Source of the DNA: Candidatus Bipolaricaulota bacterium
GTDB lineage: Bacteria > Bipolaricaulota > Bipolaricaulia > UBA7950 > UBA9294
DNA length: 49,832 nucleotides
NCBI GenBank assembly: GCA_023132915.1
Contig: JAGLXM010000145.1
Location: 1 to 49,832 of the forward strand
Direction: 5' to 3'
Shown: positions 25,379 to 36,079 of the stretch, piece by piece
Layout: each line of letters begins with the position of its first letter
Position numbering within the stretch: position 1 is the first letter of the stretch
Position numbers and translations under genes: made by a program
Notes under the pieces: model-generated
The model's database searches: none
The model's input: the letters and a program-made list of their open reading frames with translations, nothing else
What the model was told of the DNA's origin: nothing

Positions 25379-25936
25379 ATGCCAGAACAGGCTAAGCGCG
25401 AGATGCTCGATCACATGGGTCGAAGCATTGAGGTGCTTAAAGGTAATCTAGGCAAGGTGCAGACCGGTCGAGCCAACCCCGCCATGGTCGAGGACGTTAT
25501 TGTCGATTACTACGGGGCCCCAACCCCGATTAGGCAGCTAGCGACTATCGTAGCTCCGGGTCCGGATCTTCTAGTGGTGCAACCCTATGACAAAACCCAG
25601 ATGGGCGCTGTTGAAAAGGCAATCCTCGCTGCCGATTTGGGCCTTAACCCGACCAATGATGGGAAGGTCATCCGGATCAAGATTCCTAGGCTTTCTGAGG
25701 AGCGCCGAGAGGAGCTGACGCGGATCATCAAGGCCAAGGGCGAGGAAACAAAGATAGCTCTGCGGAACATCCGCCGGGATGCAAACGAGAAGCTCGAAGA
25801 GATGAAGGGTAACGGCGAGATCTCAGAGGACGATTACCACCGTTACCGCGAGAAGAATGACGAGACGATCCACGAATACTCAAAGAAGGTAGAGGAACTG
25901 GTCGAGTTCAAGAGCAAGCAACTGCGCACCATCTAA
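25379..25936 (+). CDS. frr: ribosome recycling factor
   Basis: VQTGRANPAMVEDVIVDYYGAPTPIRQLATI...RIKIPRLSEERREEL...LRNIRRDANEKL. GAGGTG SD. Confidence 0.93.
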   Translation: MPEQAKREMLDHMGRSIEVLKGNLGKVQTGRANPAMVEDVIVDYYGAPTPIRQLATIVAPGPDLLVVQPYDKTQMGAVEKAILAADLGLNPTNDGKVIRIKIPRLSEERREELTRIIKAKGEETKIALRNIRRDANEKLEEMKGNGEISEDDYHRYREKNDETIHEYSKKVEELVEFKSKQLRTI

Positions 25937-25965
25937 GCTTGCTCAAGTTTATCGGGTCGCGAAAG

Positions 25966-26361
25966 ATGAACAATTCCCTAACCTCTGAGTTTATGAGGCT
26001 TTTTCGCCTGTGTAGCACGTTGGGGCTCTGCGGTGTGGCCGCTGGGGTCCTTGCTGGTCTCGGCTTAGTGGCCGCGGCACTTGGCGTGTTGATTGGGTGC
26101 GCGCTATTTACCTTGAATTGTTTCTTTTTGTACGAGGCTGGACACTCTTTGATCAAGGCGAGCTCTAAAGGAAGGGGAGGAGTGATCGCAGCGCTGTCGA
26201 GCCTGGGAAGGTTTCTCTTCCTTGCGGTTGCGTTAGCGCTGGTGACACGGATGGGGCACTCCGCCCTGTTCGCTGCCTGCGGAGGGATCTTTGTTGGTCA
26301 GGTAAACCTGCATCTGGGCTACCTTCGGCAGAGGAGGATCGCACGATGCTCGATCACCTAG
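25966..26361 (+). CDS. atpI: ATP synthase protein I (AtpI-like small membrane protein)
   Basis: Four hydrophobic helices directly upstream of and overlapping atpB. Start uncertain (TTG 25939 or ATG 25966). Confidence 0.6.
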   Translation: MNNSLTSEFMRLFRLCSTLGLCGVAAGVLAGLGLVAAALGVLIGCALFTLNCFFLYEAGHSLIKASSKGRGGVIAALSSLGRFLFLAVALALVTRMGHSALFAACGGIFVGQVNLHLGYLRQRRIARCSIT

Positions 26362-27041
26362 GGGAAAAGCTCATCCTGCATGTTACGATTGGCAGCTTCT
26401 CGCTGCGCTTTGACCTTATCACAGTCATCATGAGCTGGGTAGTGATCGCTCTTCTCGTCAGTCTCGCTCTTTATCTACGTCGCGGACTGCGCCAAAAAAT
26501 CGAGGAGAAACCAAACCGTATTCAGGCGATGGTTGACGCACTGATCGACCTGCTTAAGGAACAGCTGACCTCCAATTTTGCTTCGGAGAGGCTCGCCCGG
26601 GAGCTGTTTCCGTTCATTTCGACGTTGTTCTTGTTTGTCCTTTTATGCAACTGGATATCAGTCATCCCTTATTTCCAATCTCCCACGCAAGATCTTAACG
26701 TGACCTTCAGTCTAGCACTCCTTGTCTTTGTCATGTCTCAGGTATTCGCCTTCCGGATGAAAGGGGGGAGACGGTACTTCAAGGGGTTCATCGAGCCGTA
26801 TCCGTTCATGCTCCCCCTCAACATTGTGGGTGAGATCGCCAAGCCGGTTTCGCATGCGTTTCGTCTGTTCGGAAACATCTTTGGCGGGGCGATCCTGCTT
26901 GCGGTTGTCTCGGGCGAGCTTATTCCAGTAGTCGTTCCAGCGGCGCTTAACGCCTTTTTCGGGTTGTTTATCGGAGCAATTCAAGCGTTTGTGTTTGCCA
27001 TGCTTGCCGTTGCGTATATCAACGTGGCAGTGGAAAGTTAA
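26346..27041 (+). CDS. atpB: F0F1 ATP synthase subunit a
   Basis: Conserved stator arginine region AKPVSHAFRLFGNIFGGAILL, 231 aa, polytopic. Confidence 0.92.
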   Translation: MLDHLGEKLILHVTIGSFSLRFDLITVIMSWVVIALLVSLALYLRRGLRQKIEEKPNRIQAMVDALIDLLKEQLTSNFASERLARELFPFISTLFLFVLLCNWISVIPYFQSPTQDLNVTFSLALLVFVMSQVFAFRMKGGRRYFKGFIEPYPFMLPLNIVGEIAKPVSHAFRLFGNIFGGAILLAVVSGELIPVVVPAALNAFFGLFIGAIQAFVFAMLAVAYINVAVES

Positions 27042-27052
27042 AAGGAGGAGAT

Positions 27053-27328
27053 GTGTTACAAGATGCGCAGAACGTAGTTAGCGGAATTTCTGGTGCCGAC
27101 ATCGCCACCGCGGCTAAGTACCTCGCTGCCGGCTTTGTTATGGCAATCGGATCGATCGGATCGGCGATCGGGGAAGGGCTCGTAGCCGCACATGCCCTGG
27201 ACGGGATAGCCCGTCAGCCGGAGATGGAAGGGGCGCTGATGCGGACGATGGTCGTTGGACAGGCGATCACCGAATCGACCGGGATCTACTCCCTGGTAGT
27301 GGCGATCATACTTCTGTTTGTAGTGTAG
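27053..27328 (+). CDS. atpE: F0F1 ATP synthase subunit c (Na+-type two-carboxylate signature)
   Basis: Hairpin with the ARQPE loop. Helix 1 has AIGEGLV (E41). Helix 2 has GQAITESTGIYSLV (E74, S75, T76, Y79). GTG start after AAAGGAGGAG. Confidence 0.9.
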   Translation: MLQDAQNVVSGISGADIATAAKYLAAGFVMAIGSIGSAIGEGLVAAHALDGIARQPEMEGALMRTMVVGQAITESTGIYSLVVAIILLFVV

Positions 27329-27336
27329 GAGACCTC

Positions 27337-27861
27337 GTGAATCTCGAGTGGGGGAAGGTCGTCAAGAGTCTGAACTGGACCTTTATCTTCAATCTGGTCA
27401 ACTTTGCCATCCTCCTCTATTTGTTGAAACGGCTCCTGTTCAAACCGGCGCTTGCGTACCTCGATCGTCGACGGGAGCTGATTGCATCCCGGATGGAGTC
27501 GGCGCGGGCGGATGAGGAAAAAGCGGCCAAGCTCGCCGCTGAGCGGACAGAGGTCTTGAAGAAAGCCTACGAGCAGAGCCGTCAGATCGTCGAGAAAGCA
27601 CATGCCCAGGCGGAGGAGACTATCGTGGTAGCGAAGAGCGAGGCCAAGCATGATGCAGAGCGGATCCTTGATGATGCCCGCATGCAGATCGAGCAGGAAC
27701 GCGCGCAGATGGAACAGGAACTACGTCGTGCCTACGCAGAGATTTCGGTACTGGGAGCCTCGCGCGTTCTCAAGCGAGAGGTAAAGCTTAAGGACCACCG
27801 CCGGCTCCTCGATGAACTCCTTGCTGAGATCGATGAAGAGGCGTTGAGGATCAAGCAGTGA
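27337..27861 (+). CDS. atpF: F0F1 ATP synthase subunit b
   Basis: One N-terminal transmembrane helix followed by a long charged coiled coil. Correct operon position. Confidence 0.88.
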   Translation: MNLEWGKVVKSLNWTFIFNLVNFAILLYLLKRLLFKPALAYLDRRRELIASRMESARADEEKAAKLAAERTEVLKKAYEQSRQIVEKAHAQAEETIVVAKSEAKHDAERILDDARMQIEQERAQMEQELRRAYAEISVLGASRVLKREVKLKDHRRLLDELLAEIDEEALRIKQ

Positions 27862-28391
27862 AATCACGCGAGATCGCCCGCCGCTACGCCGAAGCGCTCT
27901 ATCGTCTTTCTTACGAGGAAGGGTGTGTTGATCAGATTGAGGCGGATTACCGTCGAGTTCTTGCCGAAATCACCGAGGTTCCCGACTTCGCCCGATTTCT
28001 GACCCATCCGCTCGTTTCGCGTGAGGAGAAGAACGGACTGGTCGAACAGGCCTTTCCGCAGATCTTAGGCTATCTTCGCAATTTATTTTCCCTACTCATA
28101 CGCAACGGGCGCGAGGACTACCTCGAACTGATCTACGAGGAGTTCCTCACCCTGCGCGCGGAGGAGGAGGGGATAATTCGGGTGAAGGTAGCTACGGCTC
28201 AGGAGCTGTCCTTGGAAAATCGCGATGGTTTGGTCAATCGTTTGGCAAAGGCGCTTGGCGGGCGAGTGGAGCTTGAGGAGAGGCTCGATCCGGACCTCCT
28301 CGGTGGAGTGAGAATAGAGGTGGACGGTAAGGTAGTCGATGGGACGTTGCGGGCCAAGCTTGAAGGATTGCGGACCCTGATCGAGGGATAA
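27858..28391 (+). CDS. atpH: F0F1 ATP synthase subunit delta
   Basis: [10 protein letters not shown] at the N-terminus, OSCP-like, 177 aa. Correct operon position. Confidence 0.88.
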   Translation: MKSREIARRYAEALYRLSYEEGCVDQIEADYRRVLAEITEVPDFARFLTHPLVSREEKNGLVEQAFPQILGYLRNLFSLLIRNGREDYLELIYEEFLTLRAEEEGIIRVKVATAQELSLENRDGLVNRLAKALGGRVELEERLDPDLLGGVRIEVDGKVVDGTLRAKLEGLRTLIEG

Positions 28392-28402
28392 GGGGGAGGA
28401 AG

Positions 28403-29914
28403 GTGGCAGCTACACGCAAGGACGAGATCAGTGCCATACTAAAGGAGCAGATAAAGGGGTTCCACTACGACCTGGAGATGGAAGAGGTTGGGGTGGTCGT
28501 CGAGGTAGGGGACGGGATCGCCCGCGTGTTTGGCTTACAGGGTGCGATGGCCGCCGAGATCATTGAATTTCCAAACGATATATACGGCTTGGTTCTCAAC
28601 CTGGAGGAGGAGAGTGTCGGGGTTGCCCTGTTTGGAGAGAGCGAATACGTTCAGGAGGGCGACGAGGTGCGCCGTACCGGGCGCGTTCTGGAGACGGTGG
28701 TAGGCGAAGAACTCCTCGGCCGTGTCGTCGATCCACTTGGTCGGCCGAAGGACGGAAAGGGGCCGATCGCCTCTACCAAGACGCGCAAGGCGGAGATCAA
28801 GGCCCCCGGCGTAGTAGAGCGCCAGCCGGTTAACACCCCACTTCAAACTGGCCTTAAGTCGATCGACGCCCTTACCCCGATCGGCCGTGGCCAGCGCGAG
28901 TTGATCATCGGCGACCGCCACACAGGAAAGACCGCAATCGCGCTCGATACGATCATTAATCAGGCGGGAAAAGGGGTCACCTGCATCTACGTGGCAATCG
29001 GTCAGAAGACCTCGACCATTGCCCGCGTGGTGGACACCTTGGAGCGTCACGGCGCGATGGCCTACACCACCGTGGTCGCCGCTGATGCGGATGACCCCAC
29101 GCCGATGCAGTACCTCGCCCCCTATGCTGGGTGTGCTATGGCCGAGTATTTCACCTACAAAGGCGAGGACGCATTTGTCGTCTACGATGATCTCTCCAAG
29201 CACGCTGTGGCCTACCGCGAGATGGCGCTGTTGTTGCGTCGGCCGCCCGGGCGTGAGGCCTACCCTGGTGATATCTTCTACACCCACTCGCGACTGCTGG
29301 AGCGGGCCGTGCGCCTGTCCGACGAACATGGCGGGGGATCGCTCACCGCATTCCCAATCATCGAGACTAAGGCCGGAGACATCACCTCCTATATCCCGAC
29401 GAACGTGATCTCCATTACCGACGGCCAAATTTACCTTGAGTCCGACCTGTTCAACCAGGGGTTCCGACCGGCGATCAATGTGGGGATCTCGGTCTCCCGG
29501 GTTGGGGGTGCGGCACAGATCAAGGCGATGAAACAGATCGCTGGCGAGCTTAGACTGGAACTCTCTCAATACCGAGAATTAGAGGCGTTTGCCGAGTTTT
29601 CCGCCGATCTCGATGAGGAATCGAAGGCCCAGCTTGCCCGAGGGGACCGCCTGATGGAGGTGCTGAAACAGGAGCAGTATCAGTCAATGCCGGTCGAAGA
29701 ACAGATATTGACGCTGTATGTGGCGGTGGACAACCACCTCGCCGATATCGAACTGGCCGAGGTTCGCCGTTTCGTTGAGGAATGGCTCCGCTTCCTTCAC
29801 GCCGAGCATGAGGAGATCTACCAAGCACTGCGAGAGGAGCAAGAGTTCACCGATGCCGTCAGGTCCCAGTTGGAGAAGGCAGTCGTCGAGTTCAAGGAAC
29901 GCTTCGGAGGATAG
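28403..29914 (+). CDS. atpA: F0F1 ATP synthase subunit alpha
   Basis: Walker [42 protein letters not shown], 503 aa. Confidence 0.96.
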   Translation: MAATRKDEISAILKEQIKGFHYDLEMEEVGVVVEVGDGIARVFGLQGAMAAEIIEFPNDIYGLVLNLEEESVGVALFGESEYVQEGDEVRRTGRVLETVVGEELLGRVVDPLGRPKDGKGPIASTKTRKAEIKAPGVVERQPVNTPLQTGLKSIDALTPIGRGQRELIIGDRHTGKTAIALDTIINQAGKGVTCIYVAIGQKTSTIARVVDTLERHGAMAYTTVVAADADDPTPMQYLAPYAGCAMAEYFTYKGEDAFVVYDDLSKHAVAYREMALLLRRPPGREAYPGDIFYTHSRLLERAVRLSDEHGGGSLTAFPIIETKAGDITSYIPTNVISITDGQIYLESDLFNQGFRPAINVGISVSRVGGAAQIKAMKQIAGELRLELSQYRELEAFAEFSADLDEESKAQLARGDRLMEVLKQEQYQSMPVEEQILTLYVAVDNHLADIELAEVRRFVEEWLRFLHAEHEEIYQALREEQEFTDAVRSQLEKAVVEFKERFGG

Positions 29915-30772
29915 ATGGCCATCGGTGTCCGTGCAATCAAGGGTCGAATCGGTAATATCGAGAATATTCGCCAGATCACCAGGGCGATGAACGCAATTGC
30001 CATGACCAAGGTGACGCGGATGAAGCGAAGACTTGGTGTAGCGCGGCCGTACATAGCGGCTCTGGAGGCATTCCTTGCTGCCCTCCTCGCTCAGATCGGT
30101 GAAGGCACCACGGGTCCGCATCCTTTAACTATCACTAATGGCTCTCCTTACGTGGGGATCCTGGTCCTCAACGCCGACCGCGGCTTATGCGGCCGATTTA
30201 AGGGGGATTTGAATAGGAAAGGGTATGACCTACTGAAAGAGCTCGATGAGAGAGGGAGGATTCTCGCCGGGGGAGAAAAGGCGCGTGCCTACTTTGCTCG
30301 TCAGCGTGTGGAGGTGCTCAAGGGCTACGTCCGCGTTTACGAGGACCCGACCACGGCGATTGCGCACAGGATGGCGTCCGACCTTATCTCCCTCTATTCT
30401 GAGGGAATGGTTGGTCGGGTAGTGCTGGTATACATGCGATTCATCTCCGATCTGGCTCAGCTTGTGATTGCAGAGGAGATTCTCCCAGTCAGGGTAAAGG
30501 CAAAAGGGCCTGAGGCGCTTGTCGAGCCAGACCTCAAGGATATGCTCGATTTCACCCTTCCTTTGTACCTTCAGGGCAAGCTCTTCTCCACGCTTTTAGA
30601 GACGAAGACGAGCGAGCATGCGATTCGCCGTCAAGCGATGAAGAACGCAACAGACAATGCAGATGAGCTGTTGAAGATTCTCACACGCTCCTATAATAAG
30701 GCAAGGCAACAGTCGATCACGCGGGAGATCGCCGACATCATGGGTGGAGCGGAGGCTCTCAGGGAGAGCTAA
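29915..30772 (+). CDS. atpG: F0F1 ATP synthase subunit gamma
   Basis: IKGRIGNIENIRQITRAMNAIAMTK at the N-terminus and ITREIADIMGGAEAL at the C-terminus. Confidence 0.93.
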   Translation: MAIGVRAIKGRIGNIENIRQITRAMNAIAMTKVTRMKRRLGVARPYIAALEAFLAALLAQIGEGTTGPHPLTITNGSPYVGILVLNADRGLCGRFKGDLNRKGYDLLKELDERGRILAGGEKARAYFARQRVEVLKGYVRVYEDPTTAIAHRMASDLISLYSEGMVGRVVLVYMRFISDLAQLVIAEEILPVRVKAKGPEALVEPDLKDMLDFTLPLYLQGKLFSTLLETKTSEHAIRRQAMKNATDNADELLKILTRSYNKARQQSITREIADIMGGAEALRES

Positions 30773-30794
30773 CGGGTGGATTAAGGAAAGGTAA

Positions 30795-32258
<1,464 letters not shown>

Positions 32259-32274
32259 GCGGCTGAAACGCCGC

Positions 32275-32907
32275 ATGTTCCGCTACACCCCCGCCGGTTT
32301 CCCGGATCCCGCTGCCTGTGGGGCGTTCTACGATGCACGCCATACCGCCTTTTCCGGCGACGACACGATGATCCTTGAGTATTCTAGCGTGCAGGCACAG
32401 CGACGATTGTTCGAGCGAGCGATCTCCCTCCTGCCGCCGAGAGGAAGGGTCCTCGACCTTGGCTGCGGCCTCGGAGACCTTCTTTCGTTCCTCGATGCTG
32501 AGGGCCTCCCCTACGAGAGCTATCACGGGATCGATGTGAGCGAGCGGATGGTGCAGGAGGCGTGCCGTCGCTTTGGCGATCACAAAGGTGCATCGTTCGA
32601 GGTGCTCGACGTCCTGACCGATCCTCTCGTCGCAGGGAGCTTTGACACCGGATATATCCTGAGCGTCCTCGGCTACCCGATCGGTGACGATCCGATGGTG
32701 ACGATGATGACGATCCTCAAGATCGCGTTTGCTGCTTGTAGAGTGGGAATCGTCTTCTCGCACCTTGTCACCGGAAGAAAAGAAGGATTGAAGTTCACTA
32801 GCGTGCCCGAGGAGATGGCCGCCCACTGCGAGGCGGAATTCGGGGCACAAACACAGATCGACGACGACGGGATCGACTTTACTTACCTCATTGCCCTGCG
32901 CCACTGA
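32275..32907 (+). CDS. class I SAM-dependent methyltransferase
   Basis: Motif I VLDLGCGLGDL and post-I GIDVSERMV. Occupies the position where atpC normally sits. Start ATG 32275 (alternative 32233). Confidence 0.7.
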   Translation: MFRYTPAGFPDPAACGAFYDARHTAFSGDDTMILEYSSVQAQRRLFERAISLLPPRGRVLDLGCGLGDLLSFLDAEGLPYESYHGIDVSERMVQEACRRFGDHKGASFEVLDVLTDPLVAGSFDTGYILSVLGYPIGDDPMVTMMTILKIAFAACRVGIVFSHLVTGRKEGLKFTSVPEEMAAHCEAEFGAQTQIDDDGIDFTYLIALRH

Positions 32908-32985
32908 TTTTCTATCTCCCTGTCTAAAGAGTTTTCCATACAGCACTGCATAGATTGCTTAGTCAACCTGGCATCATAGCTCGGA

Positions 32986-33014
32986 TTGACGGCACCTGAC
33001 GAAGTCCCTATAAT
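32986..33014 (+). promoter_or_regulatory. consensus promoter TTGACG-17-TATAAT for the tRNA-Cys/tRNA-Val pair
   Basis: Hexamers at 32986-32991 and 33009-33014, 11 nt upstream of tRNA-Cys. Confidence 0.65.
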
Positions 33015-33025
33015 TGTTTTTGCCT

Positions 33026-33097
33026 GGCGGCGTAGCCAAGTGGAAAGGCAAGGGACTGCAAATCCCTGATTCAGCGGTTCGAATCCGCTCGCCGCCT
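33026..33097 (+). tRNA. tRNA-Cys (anticodon GCA), CCA not encoded
   Basis: Hand-folded: acceptor GGCGGCG/CGCCGCC, discriminator U73, anticodon loop CTGCAAA, T-loop TTCGAAT. Confidence 0.9.
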
Positions 33098-33104
33098 CTT
33101 AAAT

Positions 33105-33180
33105 GGGTGGTTAGCTCAGCTGGGAGAGCGCATGCTTGACGTGCATGAGGCCACAGGTTCGAGTCCTGTACCACCCACCA
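33105..33180 (+). tRNA. tRNA-Val (anticodon GAC), CCA encoded
   Basis: Hand-folded: acceptor GGGTGGT/ACCACCC, anticodon stem CATGC/GCATG with loop TTGACGT, T-loop TTCGAGT. Confidence 0.9.
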
Positions 33181-33540
33181 AGTCTTTCTTGTTTCGAGTC
33201 TTAAGAGGGTGAGATGGATGCTTGACATTTGACCTGTAACGCCATTTTGTGCTAGGGTAAAAAGCCTTGAGCCCATATCGCGGCTCATGTGCCCTAAGCG
33301 CTCCCTTTGCCCTCTCCGGGTGGTGGGGGTGCTTTTTTGCCGCTTCTCAATATAATCTCCGAAGTGATCAAGTGGGGGAACAAACTTTCACACGCTTTTC
33401 TTCCATATTTCTTCCATGAAATTTTCTGGTTCCTGGCATAGAACGGACTGGATATCTTGCTATCCTATGAAGGATCGTCAATTCAGTGGGAATCACATGA
33501 GAAGAGGGGGAATAAGTTCCTTGATGAGGAGGTGAACCAC

Positions 33541-33714
33541 ATGGCTAAGAAGGAGATCCTCGACAAGCTCTCCATCTACATTCCACAAAGGAAGATGGAA
33601 GAAAAGCCGGTCCAGCGTCTGATCCGTTTGAGTGAACGGCGCGATCGGTCGATCAACTACTTAGTAGTCGACGCGATTCTTCAATACCTTAACAAGGAAG
33701 AGAAGAAAGGCTAG
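33541..33714 (+). CDS. small ribbon-helix-helix (CopG/Arc-like) protein, paralog of 1427-1597
   Basis: MAKKEILDKLSIYIPQRKMEEKPVQRLIRLSERRDRSINYLVVDAILQYLNKEEKKG. GAGGAGGTG SD. About 29 of 48 alignable residues are identical to the 1.4-kb copy by hand alignment. Confidence 0.6.
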   Translation: MAKKEILDKLSIYIPQRKMEEKPVQRLIRLSERRDRSINYLVVDAILQYLNKEEKKG

Positions 33715-33757
33715 CTTGAACGCGTCTTGCGAAGGCTCTGGCTCAGCAAGGTGATAA

Positions 33758-33801
33758 TTTGGTGCCCAAAGGACAAACGTCCTCGGGCACCAATTTTTTT
33801 T
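33758..33801 (+). terminator. rho-independent terminator
   Basis: Stem TTTGGTGCCC / GGGCACCAA followed by T8. Confidence 0.7.
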
Positions 33802-33805
33802 AACG

Positions 33806-34075
33806 ATCACCTCGGTATGCCGTGAGTACAGCGTCTCGGAGACAACCGTTCACCGTTGGCGGAACAGGTACCGTGGGGTGGACGAGGCACAACTGCGTAG
33901 GCTGAAGGAACTTGAGATGAGAACAGACGCTTAAAGAAGATCGTGGCCCAACAAACGATGGATATCGACGCGTTGAAGGATCTATTGGGAAAAGGATGGT
34001 GAGTCCTCCGGCCAAGTTCGGTGCTTTGGTTTCCATCGATCAGGGAACATTCCTTCTCACTGCAAGTGGTACATA
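33806..34075 (+). mobile_element. IS3-family transposase orfA remnant (5'-truncated, frameshifted, no orfB/DDE part)
   Basis: VCREYSVSETTVHRWRNRYRGVDEAQLRRLKELE. After a 1-nt shift near 33917 it continues DENRRLKKIVAQQTMDIDALKDLLGKGW stop (HTH plus leucine-zipper pattern of IS3 OrfA). Confidence 0.7.
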
Positions 34076-34716
34076 GAATGGGGTAGGTCAAGGGCACAGT
34101 TAATGAACGTCCGGTGTAGTGGGGTTTGCTTTACCACTTTCCTCAGTGTATGCTGGAAATACCTGTATTGGTAAAATGTGGACTAGAAAGAGTCATACTC
34201 AATGAGCTTGCAAAGATGCTTCGGCATGTGCCAATGCGAGAAAACGAGAACCAGCCTTAAACGTTGGCATAAGATGTTAAGAGAGTCCACATCCAATTGC
34301 TGTTCAATTGAATTTGATAAGTAAGATCTGCTGTCCTGGCCCTACTCAAGCCGATTTGACCAGCTAGGAGTTGCAAACGGAGGTTTCCTAGCTGTCTTGG
34401 AGACAAACGGGCTGGCATCGCTCCCAGCGCATTTGACCTCCTTTACGAGTAAGAAGCACGGAAAACGGAAACTGCGAGTGGTCATGAACAGAACCGTCTC
34501 GATGTCTAAACTAGGGTTGCAATTAGTTAGTCTAGTTTCGATTTTTGACGTTTCGTTTGAAGATGAGGCCTGGAAAGTAGTACACGGTTTTAACTAATGG
34601 TGTGATAGATCTTGAGAAAGGGGTGATGGGGGGAGGATAGCGTAGAATTGATAGACCTTTTGGACAGTTTTTAGTAAGATTGAGCGTACAAGATCTAAAT
34701 TTTTAGGAGGTATGGT

Positions 34717-36033
34717 ATGAGCAGTAGCGCCATATCGATCAAAACGGAAATCCCTGGCCCGAAGTCGCGTGAAATCACTGCCAAAAAGGAGCGGTATGTA
34801 CCGCTTGCATTCGAGACGCTCGCGCCCTTCTTTATCGCAGAAGGAAAGGGCGCTTTGGTGAAAGATGTGGATGGGAATCAGTTCATCGATTTTACCGGTG
34901 GCTGGGGCTGCCTGATCGTCGGTCACACACCAGATCGCGTGGTTGAGGCAATTCGCGACCAAGCGGGCAAGTTCGCGCACACGGACTTCACAGCGATCCC
35001 TTACGAGCCATTTGTCACACTTGCTGAACGTCTCGCTAAGCTGGCCCCCGGACCTTCTCCGAAACAGGTGGCCTTCTTCAACAGTGGGGCTGAGGCGATC
35101 GAGAACGCGGTCAAGATCTCCCGCAAGTACACGAAGCGAAAGGCGATCGTAGTGTTCGAGGGAGCGTTCCACGGCCGCACCCTTCTCACGATGACCATGA
35201 CGCACAAGGCATCGCCGTACAAAGCAGGATTTGGGCCGTTTGCACCGGACATCTACCGCCTCCCCCTTCCCAACCCGTATCGCAACAACATGCAATTTGA
35301 GGACTTTGAGCGCGCGTTGATCGCGCTGGTCGATCCTGAAGAGGTTGCCGCGGTCGTGATCGAACCACTGCAGGGAGAAGGTGGGTTCATCGTTCCAGCT
35401 GATGGATTTCTGGAGTATCTGCGTGAACTGACCACCAAGCATGGGATCCTCTTTGTCGCCGATGAGATTCAAAGCGGGTTCGGCCGCACAGGCAAGTTTT
35501 TCGCCATCGAGCATTACGACATCGAACCCGATCTCATCGCTATGGCAAAGTCGATCGCGGCCGGACTCCCGCTGTCTGGTGTGATCGGAAAGAAAGAGAT
35601 CTACGATCGCATTCCAGGGAGTTCGATCGGAGGGACGTACGTCGGCAACCCCATCGCCTGTCGAGCAGGGATTGAAGTATTGAACATCGTAGAAGAGGAT
35701 AAGCTCCTCGACCGAGCGGTCGCCATTGGTAAGTTCACCCGGAAACGTTTTGAGGACGTGAAGCGTAAGTACTCTATCATCGGCGATGTGCGCGGCCTGG
35801 GCGCCATGGTCGGCATGGAACTCGTCAAGGACCCGGTCACAAAGGAGCCGGCCAAGAAGGAGTGTTCTGCTGTGGTGCAGGAATGCCTTCGTAATGGGCT
35901 TATCATGCCGAGCGCCGGTCTATATGGAAATGTGCTACGTATGTTGGTGACCCTCGCCATCACCGATGAGCAGCTTAACGAGGGGTTGGATGTCCTGGAT
36001 GCCGCCCTGGCCAAGGTTGCGGGTGGCAAGTGA
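34717..36033 (+). CDS. class III PLP aminotransferase (4-aminobutyrate aminotransferase-like)
   Basis: DVDGNQFIDFTGGWGCLIVGH, FNSGAEAIENAVK, ADEIQSGFGRTGKFFA. TAGGAGG SD. Confidence 0.88.
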   Translation: MSSSAISIKTEIPGPKSREITAKKERYVPLAFETLAPFFIAEGKGALVKDVDGNQFIDFTGGWGCLIVGHTPDRVVEAIRDQAGKFAHTDFTAIPYEPFVTLAERLAKLAPGPSPKQVAFFNSGAEAIENAVKISRKYTKRKAIVVFEGAFHGRTLLTMTMTHKASPYKAGFGPFAPDIYRLPLPNPYRNNMQFEDFERALIALVDPEEVAAVVIEPLQGEGGFIVPADGFLEYLRELTTKHGILFVADEIQSGFGRTGKFFAIEHYDIEPDLIAMAKSIAAGLPLSGVIGKKEIYDRIPGSSIGGTYVGNPIACRAGIEVLNIVEEDKLLDRAVAIGKFTRKRFEDVKRKYSIIGDVRGLGAMVGMELVKDPVTKEPAKKECSAVVQECLRNGLIMPSAGLYGNVLRMLVTLAITDEQLNEGLDVLDAALAKVAGGK

Positions 36034-36079
36034 GATGGTTTCGCGGCCATTCGATGTCGATTCGCAAGGAGGAGGTAAC

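Noticed and set aside
28535-29569. 344-aa minus-strand ORF inside atpA
   Set aside because: It is fully antisense to a textbook atpA. Its Arg/Gly/Pro-rich composition is typical of antisense frames in GC-rich coding DNA. It has no SD and no motif.
34594-35514. 306-aa minus-strand ORF opposite the class III aminotransferase. The same applies to 35601-36254 on the minus strand.
   Set aside because: These are antisense shadows of a gene with clear PLP aminotransferase motifs. They carry no independent coding signal.
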